A stretch of 64,000 nucleotides of DNA from Myxococcota bacterium. GTDB taxonomy: Bacteria > Myxococcota_A > UBA9160 > UBA4427. Shown one piece after another: positions 17,662-27,205 of the stretch; within the stretch, counting starts at the first letter, position 1; each line of letters opens with the position of its first letter. A program made the position numbers and the translations under genes. Under the pieces are notes generated by a model. It had not been told where the DNA came from and did not search any database. It saw only the letters and a list, made by a program, of their open reading frames with translations. The stretch is from positions 161 to 64,160 of the forward strand of contig JASMLK010000067.1 of the NCBI GenBank assembly GCA_030748735.1. The letters are read 5' to 3'.

Positions 17662-18330
17662 ATGGACATCTCCCTCGACCTGACCGATCAGATCGCATGC
17701 ATTCGCATGGACGACGGCAAGAAGAATGCGATCACCCCAGCTGCCGTCGCCGATCTCGCGCAAGCCCTCGACGAGGCAGAGGCCAAGGCCAACGCACTCG
17801 TGCTCGCGGGTCGCCCGGGCTCGTTCTGCGCGGGGTTCGACCTCGCCACCATGACCGGGGGCGACCTGCGCGCAATCGGCGAACTCGGCCGGGGCGGAGG
17901 ACGCCTCGCACTGCGGCTCTACCAATACCCGAAGCCTCTCGTTGCGGCCTGCACCGGCCATGCCTTCACGATCGGGGCGCTCTGGCTCCTGGCTGCGGAT
18001 ACACGAATCGGCGAGGAGGGCCCGTTCAAGCTCGCGATGACCGAAACGAAGATGGGCATGGGCCTGCCCGCCTGGGCCTTCGAGCTGCTCGAGGCGCGAA
18101 TCGCGAATACCCACTTCGTTCCCGTCTGCACGCAGTCCAAGGCCTATGACCCGGTGGGTGCGATCGCTGCGGGCTTCCTCGACGAAGTCGTACCGCAAGG
18201 GAGAGCCGAGGCCGTCGCCCTCGAAACGGCCTCCGAACTCGCGAAGCTCGCACCGGCTGCATATACCGCAAACAAGTTGACACGACGGACCCGAAGCTTC
18301 GAGATTATGGACCGCGATCTCGGGTCCTGA
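17662..18330 (+). CDS. enoyl-CoA hydratase/isomerase (crotonase) family protein
   Basis: Motif GSFCAGFDL and crotonase-like length. Start set at the MDISL ATG. Confidence 0.8.
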   Translation: MDISLDLTDQIACIRMDDGKKNAITPAAVADLAQALDEAEAKANALVLAGRPGSFCAGFDLATMTGGDLRAIGELGRGGGRLALRLYQYPKPLVAACTGHAFTIGALWLLAADTRIGEEGPFKLAMTETKMGMGLPAWAFELLEARIANTHFVPVCTQSKAYDPVGAIAAGFLDEVVPQGRAEAVALETASELAKLAPAAYTANKLTRRTRSFEIMDRDLGS

Positions 18331-18393
18331 CGATCGTTTCGCGAAGGCGCCCGTAGAACCGTCGGCATGGTGTGCCGACCCAAAGGAGGAGCC

Positions 18394-18912
18394 ATGCCCA
18401 CTTCGTTTTATGACCTGACGATCGGCAGCTATGTCCAGATCGTCGAAGCGATCGGCGGAGTACTTCAGAAAGGCGCCGACCACTGTGCCAAAGAGGGAAT
18501 CGATCTCGCCGAAATCGTCGAGACGCGACTCGTTGGCAATATGGCCAACTTCCACTTTCAGGTAACCAGCATCACCCATCACTCGCTGGGTGCGGTCAAC
18601 GCATACAAGTCGGGCGAGTTCCGACCGCCGAGCTACGAAGACTGCGACTATGCCGCGCTCCAGGCGATGACCCAGGCGACCCTCGACGAACTGAAGGCGC
18701 AATCGCGCGACGAAATCGAATCACTCGCCGGCGGTAAGGTCGTATTCAAGATGGGGGGCAACGAGATTCCCTTCACCGCGGAGAACTTCGCGCTCTCGTT
18801 CTCTCTCCCGAACTTCTACTTCCATGCCACGACCGCCTACGACATTCTCCGAATGAAGGGCGCGCCGATCGGCAAGCTGGATTTCCTCGGCGCGATGAGG
18901 GCGGGCGCCTAG
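18394..18912 (+). CDS. DUF1993-like protein
   Basis: About 172 aa with C-terminal LPNFYFHATTAYDILRMKG, characteristic of the family as I recall it. Confidence 0.75.
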   Translation: MPTSFYDLTIGSYVQIVEAIGGVLQKGADHCAKEGIDLAEIVETRLVGNMANFHFQVTSITHHSLGAVNAYKSGEFRPPSYEDCDYAALQAMTQATLDELKAQSRDEIESLAGGKVVFKMGGNEIPFTAENFALSFSLPNFYFHATTAYDILRMKGAPIGKLDFLGAMRAGA

Positions 18913-18940
18913 CGGTACGGATCTCGAAGCGTGGACTTGA

Positions 18941-19166
18941 CTTTCGCGCGAATGAAGAGCGAATCCGGACCGCCGAACTCGCCGACCGAGAAAAGCGCCA
19001 GCAACACGATGACTTGCGGCCCGAAATCCCGGTCTCCGGTTCGGGGACGCAACCGAACAACCGCCAACACCCCACGGAATCGCGTTGTTTTCCGAGACCG
19101 TTCCCGAGCACGGGGCGGAAGTCTCCGCAACGCGGGACTAGATGGCGGAGAGAGTGGGATTCGAAC
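18941..19166. repeat. Copy C of the 202-bp repeat plus a 24-nt exact duplicate of the tRNA-Ser(GGA) 3' end (att-like)
   Basis: 18941-19142 aligns over 202 bp to copy D (roughly 80% identity by eye). 19143-19166 (tggcggagagagtgggattcgaac) is identical to 21278-21301. Confidence 0.85.
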
Positions 19167-19388
19167 TCTCAGTAGGATCTCGCGAATCTTGTGGCGAATG
19201 GAGAACACGCGAATGGGACGCACATGAATTGCGCACTCTTGGAGAGTTCGAACCGTCAGGTGCCCTTGTGCCGTCCCTGACGCCCTCGGTACCCCCATCG
19301 GGGAGCCCAGCGGAGACCGCCATTTCTCGATCAACTCGTTGACGCTCATCCACCTACCGATCTCTGATCGATCTGCTAAACGTAGGTC

Positions 19389-19598
19389 ATGCAAACGGTC
19401 ACTCTGTCTACCAAGTACCAACTCGTCATTCCGCGTGACGTGCGGCAGCGGCTGGAACTCGAGCCGGGGACGAAGCTGACGGTCGTGGAGAAGGGCGGGA
19501 TCCTCTATCTCGTCCCGGAGCGACCGATCGAGGAGATGCGGGGGATCGCTCGCGGAACGCGGAAGAAGGGACTCCGCGAGAAAAAGGATCGCCATTGA
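19389..19598 (+). CDS. vapB: AbrB/MazE/SpoVT-family antitoxin (VapB-like)
   Basis: 69 aa with swapped-hairpin motif YQLVIPRDVRQRLELEPG. 4-nt overlap with the PIN gene. Confidence 0.8.
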   Translation: MQTVTLSTKYQLVIPRDVRQRLELEPGTKLTVVEKGGILYLVPERPIEEMRGIARGTRKKGLREKKDRH

Positions 19599-19963
19599 TC
19601 CTCGTCGACTCGAGCGGCTGGATCGAGTACCTCGCGGCGCGGCCCAAGGCGGATTCCTTTGCACCGTACATTGAAGGAACGGAGCCTCTCGTCTCGAGCG
19701 CGATTCAGATCTACGAGATCTACAAGGTCGTCAGAAGAGACGTGAGTGAAGAGCGAGCGATTGCCGCGGTATCGGCGCTCCGAACGACGACGATCGAACC
19801 CCTGGCCGATACTCTGGCCCTTGAAGCCGCCGACATCGCCCTGGAATTCGGGCTCGCGATGGCGGATGCGATCATCTTCGCGACGGCTGCACGACACGAA
19901 GCCGAAATCGTGACAGGCGATGCGGACTTCGAGGGTCTGCCGAAAGTAACGCTGATCCGCTGA
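19595..19963 (+). CDS. vapC: PIN-domain ribonuclease toxin (VapC-like)
   Basis: 122 aa with MILVDSSGWIEYL and later acidic residues (ADAIIFATA...TGDADF), typical of VapC. Confidence 0.85.
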   Translation: MILVDSSGWIEYLAARPKADSFAPYIEGTEPLVSSAIQIYEIYKVVRRDVSEERAIAAVSALRTTTIEPLADTLALEAADIALEFGLAMADAIIFATAARHEAEIVTGDADFEGLPKVTLIR

Positions 19964-20008
19964 GGGATCGAAGACGCTCGGCTGGCCCGATGATCTGGAT
20001 CGAACGCT

Positions 20009-20815
20009 TCAGCTGTTCGCCCGCTCGAACTCCTCGAATCGTACCGTCAGCGCTTCACGACTGGGACGCTGAGCTGCGGCGCGGGGAAGTTCGATGCGCG
20101 TCTCGTGAATCTCCTGAAGCCCGTGCCTCAGCATCGGACCATCCGACTCCGAAAGAATCCGCTGGGGCACGACGATTCGGAAGTCGGGTTGAATACCGAG
20201 CAGATTCCGATCGAACGCGGCATGGTGGATCTTGCAGAGGCTGATGCCGTTCGAGACGACCGGCTCTCCGTCCGGATCGGAGTCGGCGACGATGTGTGCG
20301 GCGTCGAGCAACTCGGCATGCTTGAGCCGGCAGACGGCACAATGCTCCCGGTAGGCTCGCAAGACGCGTTGCCGGAACGTCTGCTGGTGTAGGCGCTGTC
20401 GGGTCGTGACGAGGCCGTACCGGCGGGTGAGATCGGGCTCAGAAACGCGATCATCCAATGAGACCCCCGTCGCGAGACTGTCGACGTCGAGCCGAAACTC
20501 CAAGCAGTCGGGAGAGTCGCCGATGACATGTACTGGCCACGCCGCTAGATACTTGCCCGGCACCGTCGCATGGAAGTAGATCAGCGGCGCGTTTGCCCGC
20601 ATCGCGTTTCGGACCCACCGGTTGTTGTGGTGATCCGGATCCGTTCCGCGGTACTTGTAGATGACCGTCCCGTCGGGCTGAAAGCCGTCGTCATACGGCC
20701 GAGGCCTGCCCGGTTTGGGTGCGACGGTGGTGAGGCTCAGTGCGCGATCGTCGAGGATGGCGGGCTTGAAGATCCCTTGCGGTCCAATCAGTCTGACCTG
20801 CTTCGCACGGAACAT
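20009..20815 (-). CDS. HNH endonuclease (HNH_2 / putative restriction endonuclease family), probably disrupted at its 5' end
   Basis: CAVC...LLDAAHI...NGISLCKIHHAAFD HNH core. The frame continues upstream to an ATG at 20926 but is broken by an in-frame TAG at 20882-20884. Confidence 0.7.
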   Translation of the reverse strand: MFRAKQVRLIGPQGIFKPAILDDRALSLTTVAPKPGRPRPYDDGFQPDGTVIYKYRGTDPDHHNNRWVRNAMRANAPLIYFHATVPGKYLAAWPVHVIGDSPDCLEFRLDVDSLATGVSLDDRVSEPDLTRRYGLVTTRQRLHQQTFRQRVLRAYREHCAVCRLKHAELLDAAHIVADSDPDGEPVVSNGISLCKIHHAAFDRNLLGIQPDFRIVVPQRILSESDGPMLRHGLQEIHETRIELPRAAAQRPSREALTVRFEEFERANS

Positions 20816-21075
20816 GAAACCATTCGCGAGAGTCTCTCGATCGAACGTCTCGCCAAAGAGCCTGGTCTGTTCCGCGAGAAACTAAAACGCGGCGGAACGA
20901 ACAGCAGAATCCAGTTCGTCGGGCATAGTCCGTTCTCGGGCTCCCGTCGCCGTCAACGTCGCTCGAGGCTCTCGAATGATCGTTTCGAACGATAGGACCA
21001 TCAAGCGCGATCCGTGGTGCGGAAATGTCGCTCGAATGCACCGATCCCTCGAAGGGGATCGACAATCGGCTCGCA

Positions 21076-21277
21076 CTTTCGCGCGAATGAAGAGCGAATC
21101 CGGACCGCCGAACTGGCCGGCAGAGAAAAGCGCCGCCAACGCGATGACTTGCGGCCTGAAAGCCGAGTCTCCGGTTCGGGAACGCAAGAGCACAACCGCC
21201 AACACCCCGCGGAATCGCGGCCTTTTCGCGGATCGTTCCCGAGCGCACGCCGAAAGTCTCTGCGCTTAGAGACCAAA
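21076..21277. repeat. Copy D of the 202-bp repeat, directly 3' of intact tRNA-Ser(GGA)
   Basis: 202 bp from ctttcgcgcgaatgaag to the base before the tRNA CCA end. Contains hairpin GTCTCT-N6-AGAGAC next to the tRNA end. Confidence 0.85.
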
Positions 21278-21365
21278 TGGCGGAGAGAGTGGGATTCGAA
21301 CCCACGGTAGGTTGCCCTACACACGCTTTCCAAGCGTGCGCCTTAAGCCACTCGGCCATCTCTCC
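21278..21365 (-). tRNA. tRNA-Ser (anticodon GGA)
   Basis: 88 nt. 5' GGAGAGA pairs with TCTCTCC, discriminator G, encoded CCA, anticodon loop TTGGAAA, long variable arm, T-loop GGTTCGAATCC. Confidence 0.9.
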
Positions 21366-21508
21366 GCGTAGGGGTCTTGCCGCCCGCCCGCCGCGCTTCC
21401 TTCTATCTACCTGCGCCGTGCCGGAGCGAACGGCGCCCGTGCCCAGGGCGCGCTCCGGGGCTAGACCAAGGAGAGCGCCTGCGGCGCTAGCCATTCGCGG
21501 CTTCGCCG

Positions 21509-21602
<94 letters not shown>

Positions 21603-21913
21603 GCAGCGGCAGACCATAACGAAAACACGGGCATACGGCGGTTCGGGCGGGGCGGATTTCTGGCGATTTCCCGCCCAGAAGCCCCAACCTCGGCGGCGAG
21701 AACCGCCGGCCGCCAGCTCCCAGCCGGGTGTGGGCAAGCTGACAGGTAGATAGAAGGACGAACCCCGGCCCTCAGCACCAGAGGAGCGCCCGCGCGGCCC
21801 AGCCAGTGCGCCACGCGCACTTGCGCAAATCAGAGCGCCTGCGGCCCAAGCGGTCGCGGCGCGCGCTGGGAAAAGGGAGGACGCCTGTGGCCAAGCCATT
21901 CCGCGCCCCGCGC

Positions 21914-22007
<94 letters not shown>

Positions 22008-22149
22008 GGCGGGCTAGCGCGAAGACCGGGGCTTTTCGCCGCCCGGGCTCGCGATCACGGGCGAATCCTAGCGAGCATTTCGGCCCCGTCTCGTCTGCGA
22101 CCGCCTCTTTGTGGTTCCGCCCGGGGCGCTGTGCTTCTCTACCGCCACC

Positions 22150-23427
22150 ATGTTGGACCCCAAGACCCTCACCGACCGGCGCGACGAGATCGCGCACAGC
22201 TGCAAGGCGCGCGGCATCGACGTCGACCTCGACGCGATCGCGCGCGTGCACCGCGACCACAACCTGCTCGTGACCGAGCTCGGCGACGTCAATCGCCAAC
22301 GCAACGAGCACCAGAAGTCGGGCAAGCGCAAGATGGACCCCGAAGAGCGCGAGGCCCACACCGCCGAGGGGCGCCGCTTCAAGGAGCAGGTCGCCACGAT
22401 CGAAGCGCGCCTGCGCGAGAGCGAGTCGGTCCTCACCGCGGCGCTGCGGCGGCTACCCAACTTCCTCCATCCCGAAAGCCCGATCGGCGGCGAAGAAGAC
22501 TTCCGCGAGATCAGCCGCTCGGGCGAGATCCCGAAGTTCGACTTCGAGCCGAAGAACCACCTTCAGCTCTGCGAAGACCTCGACCTCGTCGACTTCGAAC
22601 GCGCGGCCAGGGTGGCGGGTTCGAAGTGGTACTACCTGAAGAACGAAGCCGCGCTGCTCGACATCGCGCTGCAACGCTTCGCCCTCGACATCCTGATGGA
22701 AGAGGGCTTCACGCCCGTCACCACGCCCGACGTCGCGCGGCCCGACATCGTCGAAGGCCTCGGCTTCAACCCGCGCGGTGAAGAGACGCAGATCTACACG
22801 CTCGAGAACGCCGACCTCTGCCTGGTGGGCACCGCGGAGATCACCCTCGGTGGCATGTACGCGGACACGATCTTCGACGAAGACGACCTGCCGATCAAAC
22901 TCGCGGGTGTTTCCCACTGCTTCCGCACCGAAGCCGGTGCTGCGGGCCGCGAAAGCAAGGGGCTCTATCGCGTTCATCAATTCACCAAGACGGAGATGTT
23001 CGTCTTCACGACGCCCGAACAATCCGAAGCCCAGCACGATGAATTGCTGCGCATCGAAAAGCGGGTCTTCGACGCACTCGAAATCCCCTACCGCGTGATC
23101 GACATCGCGACCGGCGACCTCGGTGCGCCCGCCTACCGCAAGTTCGACCTCGAAGCCTGGATGCCCGGGCGCGGCGAAAGCGGGGAGTGGGGCGAGATCA
23201 CGAGCACGTCGAACTGCACCGACTTCCAGGCACGCCGTTTGAAGCTCCGCTTCAAGCGCAAGGGCAGCAAGAAGAACGAGATGCTCCACACGCTGAATGG
23301 CACCGCGATCTCGAACGCGCGCGCGATCCTCTCGCTGCTCGAAGTCCATCAGCAGAAAGACGGCAGCGTTCGCATCCCCGAAGCGCTGCAACCCTACATG
23401 GGACGAGAGCAGATTGGCCCCCGCTGA
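22150..23427 (+). CDS. serS: seryl-tRNA synthetase
   Basis: N-terminal coiled-coil arm and class II motifs (FRTEAG, GLYRVHQFTKTEMF, NGTAIS...R). Start at the MLDPK ATG. Confidence 0.95.
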   Translation: MLDPKTLTDRRDEIAHSCKARGIDVDLDAIARVHRDHNLLVTELGDVNRQRNEHQKSGKRKMDPEEREAHTAEGRRFKEQVATIEARLRESESVLTAALRRLPNFLHPESPIGGEEDFREISRSGEIPKFDFEPKNHLQLCEDLDLVDFERAARVAGSKWYYLKNEAALLDIALQRFALDILMEEGFTPVTTPDVARPDIVEGLGFNPRGEETQIYTLENADLCLVGTAEITLGGMYADTIFDEDDLPIKLAGVSHCFRTEAGAAGRESKGLYRVHQFTKTEMFVFTTPEQSEAQHDELLRIEKRVFDALEIPYRVIDIATGDLGAPAYRKFDLEAWMPGRGESGEWGEITSTSNCTDFQARRLKLRFKRKGSKKNEMLHTLNGTAISNARAILSLLEVHQQKDGSVRIPEALQPYMGREQIGPR

Positions 23428-25342
23428 CGCGCTGGTTCTCGGCACGGCGGGCCACATCGATCACGGCAAGACGAGCTTGATCCGGGCGCTCACCGGCGTC
23501 GACACCGATCGCCTGCCCGAAGAGAAGGCGCGCGGCATCACGATCGACCTGGGCTTCGCGGCCCTCGACCTCGAAGACGACCTGCGCGTCGCGATCGTCG
23601 ACGTGCCGGGGCACGAGAAGCTCGTGCGCACCATGGTTTCGGGCGCGGCGGGCATCGACCTGGTCATGTTGGTCGTCGCCGCCGACGAAGGCGTCATGCC
23701 GCAGACTCGCGAACACGTCGCCATCTGCGAGCTACTCGGCATCGAAACCGGGCTCGTGGCGATCACGAAGAGCGACCTCGCCGACGAAGAGGTCGTGGAA
23801 CTCGCGCAGGAAGAGATCGCCGACCTGCTCTCGGATACCGCTCTCGCCGACGTGTCGATGGTGCCCGTTTCATCAGAAACCGGTGAGGGGATCGATCGGC
23901 TGCGGGAAGAACTCGCGAAGCTCGTGCGCGAAACGCGGCCGCGAACACCGCGCTTCGGACCGAGCCGCCTTTCGATCGACCGCGCGTTCGCGATGAAGGG
24001 CTTCGGCACCGTGGTGACGGGGACGTTGCTCGGGGGTCGACTCGATAGTGGTGCGAACGTCGAAGTGCACCCGCGCGGCTCGAAGGCCCGTGTGCGGGGC
24101 TTGCAGTCGCACGGCGAAGCGCGTGATCGCGTCGAACCCGGTGCGCGTTGCGCCGTCAACCTGCAGGGCGTGGAAGTCGCGGATGTGTCGCGCGGCGACG
24201 TGATCGGCCGGCCGGACGCGATCATTTCGACCCAGACCCTCGACGTGGAATTGCTCTGGCTACCCGGCGCCCCCGCCGCGGAAGGCACCGTGTCGATCGA
24301 GTTCTTGAGCGGCACCGCCGAACGGCGCGCACGACTCGCCCCGATCGGAGACGACGAATTCACTCCGGGCGCAAAATCGTTCGCACGCATTCACATCGAC
24401 GGCGACCCGGTGCCGCTGGTGGTCGGCGACCGCTTCATCGCGCGGGGTTTCGCGCGGCTCGAAGGCTCGGGGGCGACGCTCGGCGGCGGGGTGATCCTCG
24501 ACGTGGCTCCACCGCACCGACGCAGAAGCGATCCCGACCTGGTGCGCGAACTCACGGTGCTCGCCGCCGGCGAACTCCGCAGCGCCGTGCGCGAACGCGT
24601 CATCCGCACCGGCATGAGTGGGGCGGCCGAGAAGGACATCGCACTCGAAGTCGGTCTCGAGACCCACCAACTCCGGGGCGAACTCGCTGCGCTCGAAAGC
24701 GAGGGATGCGTGGTGAAAGCAGGCAGTGGCCGCTGGCTCGGCGAGCCGGTCGTCGCCCGCATGGAAGCGCGACTGCTCGAAGTACTCGACGAATTCCACC
24801 GCACCGAACCCCTGCGTCCCGGGATGAGCCGCAGCACGCTGCGCGGTCAACTTCCCGACAACGTGCGCGCCGAAGGCGCTGAACTCGCGATCAAGCGTCT
24901 CGAAGACAAGAACGAGGTTTGCGTCGGGGGCGAATACGCCTGGCGCAGCAGCTTCTCACCCACCCTCGACGCGGCGAGTGAAGCCCTGGTGGCGACGCTT
25001 CGCGAACAAGCCAGCGACGCAGGGCTCGAACCCCCTTCACTCAAGGACTGGGCCGAACGTCTCGACACGAGCGTCGAGACGCTGCGCGACCTCATGGCCT
25101 ATCTCGAACGCGGCGGCGAGATCGTACGCGCACCCGGAGACCTCTTCTTCTCGAGCGCGGCCATCGATGCACTGAAGGGGCGCGTGGCCGATCACTTCGC
25201 GCAAACCGAAGAACTCGACACCCAGACCTACAAAGACATCATCGGAACGAGTCGCCGCACCGCGATGCCGTTGATGGAGCTGCTCGACGACCTGCACGTG
25301 ACACGCCGCGTGGGTGACGTGCGCGTCGCGCGCAAGGCTTGA
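23414..25342 (+). CDS. selB: selenocysteine-specific translation elongation factor
   Basis: G-domain GTAGHIDHGKTSL, DVPGHEK, TKSD, followed by EF-Tu-like domains and a long winged-helix-type C-terminus (about 640 aa). No in-frame ATG near the G-domain; start proposed at an in-frame TTG overlapping the serS end by 14 nt. Confidence 0.8.
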   Translation: MAPADALVLGTAGHIDHGKTSLIRALTGVDTDRLPEEKARGITIDLGFAALDLEDDLRVAIVDVPGHEKLVRTMVSGAAGIDLVMLVVAADEGVMPQTREHVAICELLGIETGLVAITKSDLADEEVVELAQEEIADLLSDTALADVSMVPVSSETGEGIDRLREELAKLVRETRPRTPRFGPSRLSIDRAFAMKGFGTVVTGTLLGGRLDSGANVEVHPRGSKARVRGLQSHGEARDRVEPGARCAVNLQGVEVADVSRGDVIGRPDAIISTQTLDVELLWLPGAPAAEGTVSIEFLSGTAERRARLAPIGDDEFTPGAKSFARIHIDGDPVPLVVGDRFIARGFARLEGSGATLGGGVILDVAPPHRRRSDPDLVRELTVLAAGELRSAVRERVIRTGMSGAAEKDIALEVGLETHQLRGELAALESEGCVVKAGSGRWLGEPVVARMEARLLEVLDEFHRTEPLRPGMSRSTLRGQLPDNVRAEGAELAIKRLEDKNEVCVGGEYAWRSSFSPTLDAASEALVATLREQASDAGLEPPSLKDWAERLDTSVETLRDLMAYLERGGEIVRAPGDLFFSSAAIDALKGRVADHFAQTEELDTQTYKDIIGTSRRTAMPLMELLDDLHVTRRVGDVRVARKA

Positions 25343-25351
25343 GCGGCAAGC

Positions 25352-27205
25352 TCAGGAAGTCGCACTCGGAGGCGAGGGGGCGACCCTGGTGGGCTTCACG
25401 TCGCGCACCCGGGGGCCGCTCGAATCCGAAAGCGAAGCCACCTCGAAGCCTCGCCGTTCGAGCGGTTCGAGAAAGCTGCGAATCTCACCGCGCGGGTCGG
25501 GGCGACAGATCAGCACCGTGTCGGCTTCGAGGGTTTCGATCGCTTCGGGGGCAATCGTGTAGAGCCCCCACAGCCGCTCACCCTGGAGCAGGCTCACCGA
25601 TTCCGCGATCGCAACGAGGTTGGCGTTCGCGAGGTCGGTGCACTTGAAGAGCTGCGAAGTTTCTTCGCCTGCGCCGTAGAGTACGACGCGGCGGTGCTCG
25701 CGATTCCAGCGTGCAACGAGTTCGCGGACTCGTTGGATCATCGCTCCACGCTCGAATGCAGCGCGCTCGCGATCGACCGCCGAAGTCGTCGAGCCCCGCG
25801 CCACGTCGCCATCGCCATACAACGTGACGACTTCGATCCCCATGCCTTCGAGATAGACGAGGTGAGCGGCGATCTCATCCTGATTCGCGGCGGAAGAGAT
25901 CAGCACGACGTCAGGCCGAAGACTCGGGATCTCGCTCGGCGCGACCACTTCCAGACCCCACTGCCGCTCACCCTGCAGGCCGGGAGAACGGTCGGCAATC
26001 CCGACGACGTGGGCATCGCGAAGCGAAGTCAGCTTGAAGAGCGCAACGGTGTGCTCGCCAGCCCCATAGACCAGGACACGCTTCCGGTCGCGCCTCCATT
26101 CATCCACCAGCGAAGCGATCTTCGGTCGCAGATATTCCGGCGTGTAATCCGCCACGTACTTCTGCCAGGTCGCCGGCCGGGAGAAGTGCGGACGATTGCG
26201 CATGCGCCCGCTGCTCCGTGCGCGTTCGCGCTTGCGGCGCATGTACTCGGCTACGGGTTCCTGTAGAAGCGCGCGCCGCGTTGGAGTCCATTCGTCGGGC
26301 TCGGCGATGAACGCCTGTGCGGCGTCATCGCCGAAGTGCATGAACGCCGCGCTGCGCACGAAGTGGGGAACGAGGTCGCTGTTGCATTCGCTTTCGAGCA
26401 GTCGCGCGATGCGGCGGATCTTTTCCTGCTGCCCGCGACGGTCGGCCTGGCGCTTCAACGCATAGGAGGTGAAGTCGACTCGCTTGGCATGACACGGACC
26501 CGGCACGTAGTAGAGACCGTGGCGAAAGGCGACCGCGAGGCCGAGATACCAGTCCGACATCTCTTCGAGCTCGGGGATCAACCCGCCGGCGTCGAGCAGG
26601 GCGTCGCGACGGAAGATCGCACCGCGGGCTTCGAGGATGTCGCCATAGAGTGCGTCGGAAAGCGCGTCGGGTGGGTAGAGGCCGGCGTGTGGAGGCAGGG
26701 ATGGCGTGCGCTCGAGAATCTCCCGCCCCTGCGTCACGGTGACGAAGTCGCCGTAGGAAAGACCGGCCTCGCGATTGGCTTCGAGGGCGGCCATGTGGTG
26801 CTCGAAGAAGCCGGGTAGCACGAAGTCGTCCGCAGAAAGTCCGTAGACGTACTCGCCCCGCGCCTCGGCGAAACCCCTGTTGGTCGCCAATGGCGTGCCC
26901 TGGTTGTGTGGGCTGCGAATCACGCGAACGCTTGGGTGGGTGCGTGCGTAGCGTTCGACTTCGGCCGCGCCGTCGTCCGTCGACGCGTCGTCGACGACCA
27001 CGACTTCGTCCGGCGGTCGGCTCTGACGCAAGACGGATTCGATGGCCGTGAGTACGACGTCCGCGTGGTTGTAGAGCGGAATCACCACTGAAAGCGTTGC
27101 GCGCAATGGGTTGGGGTTGCTCTCCACGGGCCCTCGTGCGTCTACTTGAGCAGCGTCGTGATGTAACGCGAGAGCCCGACGCTCGTTACGGGCTCGCGGT
27201 TGCAA
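25352..27205 (-). CDS. family 2 glycosyltransferase fused to two small Rossmann-like (PglD_N / C-methyltransferase-C-like) modules
   Basis: GT-A signature SVVIPLYNH...VVVVDDASTDD...ADD. Two C-terminal repeats start RVLVYGAGEHT and RVVLYGAGEET. The ATG at 27205 overlaps the upstream gene by 64 nt; a GTG near 27145 is an alternative. Confidence 0.8.
   Translation of the reverse strand: MQPRARNERRALALHHDAAQVDARGPVESNPNPLRATLSVVIPLYNHADVVLTAIESVLRQSRPPDEVVVVDDASTDDGAAEVERYARTHPSVRVIRSPHNQGTPLATNRGFAEARGEYVYGLSADDFVLPGFFEHHMAALEANREAGLSYGDFVTVTQGREILERTPSLPPHAGLYPPDALSDALYGDILEARGAIFRRDALLDAGGLIPELEEMSDWYLGLAVAFRHGLYYVPGPCHAKRVDFTSYALKRQADRRGQQEKIRRIARLLESECNSDLVPHFVRSAAFMHFGDDAAQAFIAEPDEWTPTRRALLQEPVAEYMRRKRERARSSGRMRNRPHFSRPATWQKYVADYTPEYLRPKIASLVDEWRRDRKRVLVYGAGEHTVALFKLTSLRDAHVVGIADRSPGLQGERQWGLEVVAPSEIPSLRPDVVLISSAANQDEIAAHLVYLEGMGIEVVTLYGDGDVARGSTTSAVDRERAAFERGAMIQRVRELVARWNREHRRVVLYGAGEETSQLFKCTDLANANLVAIAESVSLLQGERLWGLYTIAPEAIETLEADTVLICRPDPRGEIRSFLEPLERRGFEVASLSDSSGPRVRDVKPTRVAPSPPSATS

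Noticed and set aside
18909-19664. 251-aa minus-strand ORF
   Set aside because: It spans repeat copy C and the tRNA fragment, runs antisense to vapB, and has no motif support.
6926-21365. Search for an integrase, recombinase or transposase that would explain the repeat-delimited segments
   Set aside because: No ORF in the region shows tyrosine- or serine-recombinase or DDE motifs, so I do not call a mobile element; only repeats and att-like sequences are reported.
20691-21494. 267-aa ORF and the neighbouring 145-aa ORF (21564-22001) on the minus strand
   Set aside because: They translate straight through the tRNA-Ser genes (for example ...MAEWLKAHAWKACVG...), so they are artefacts.
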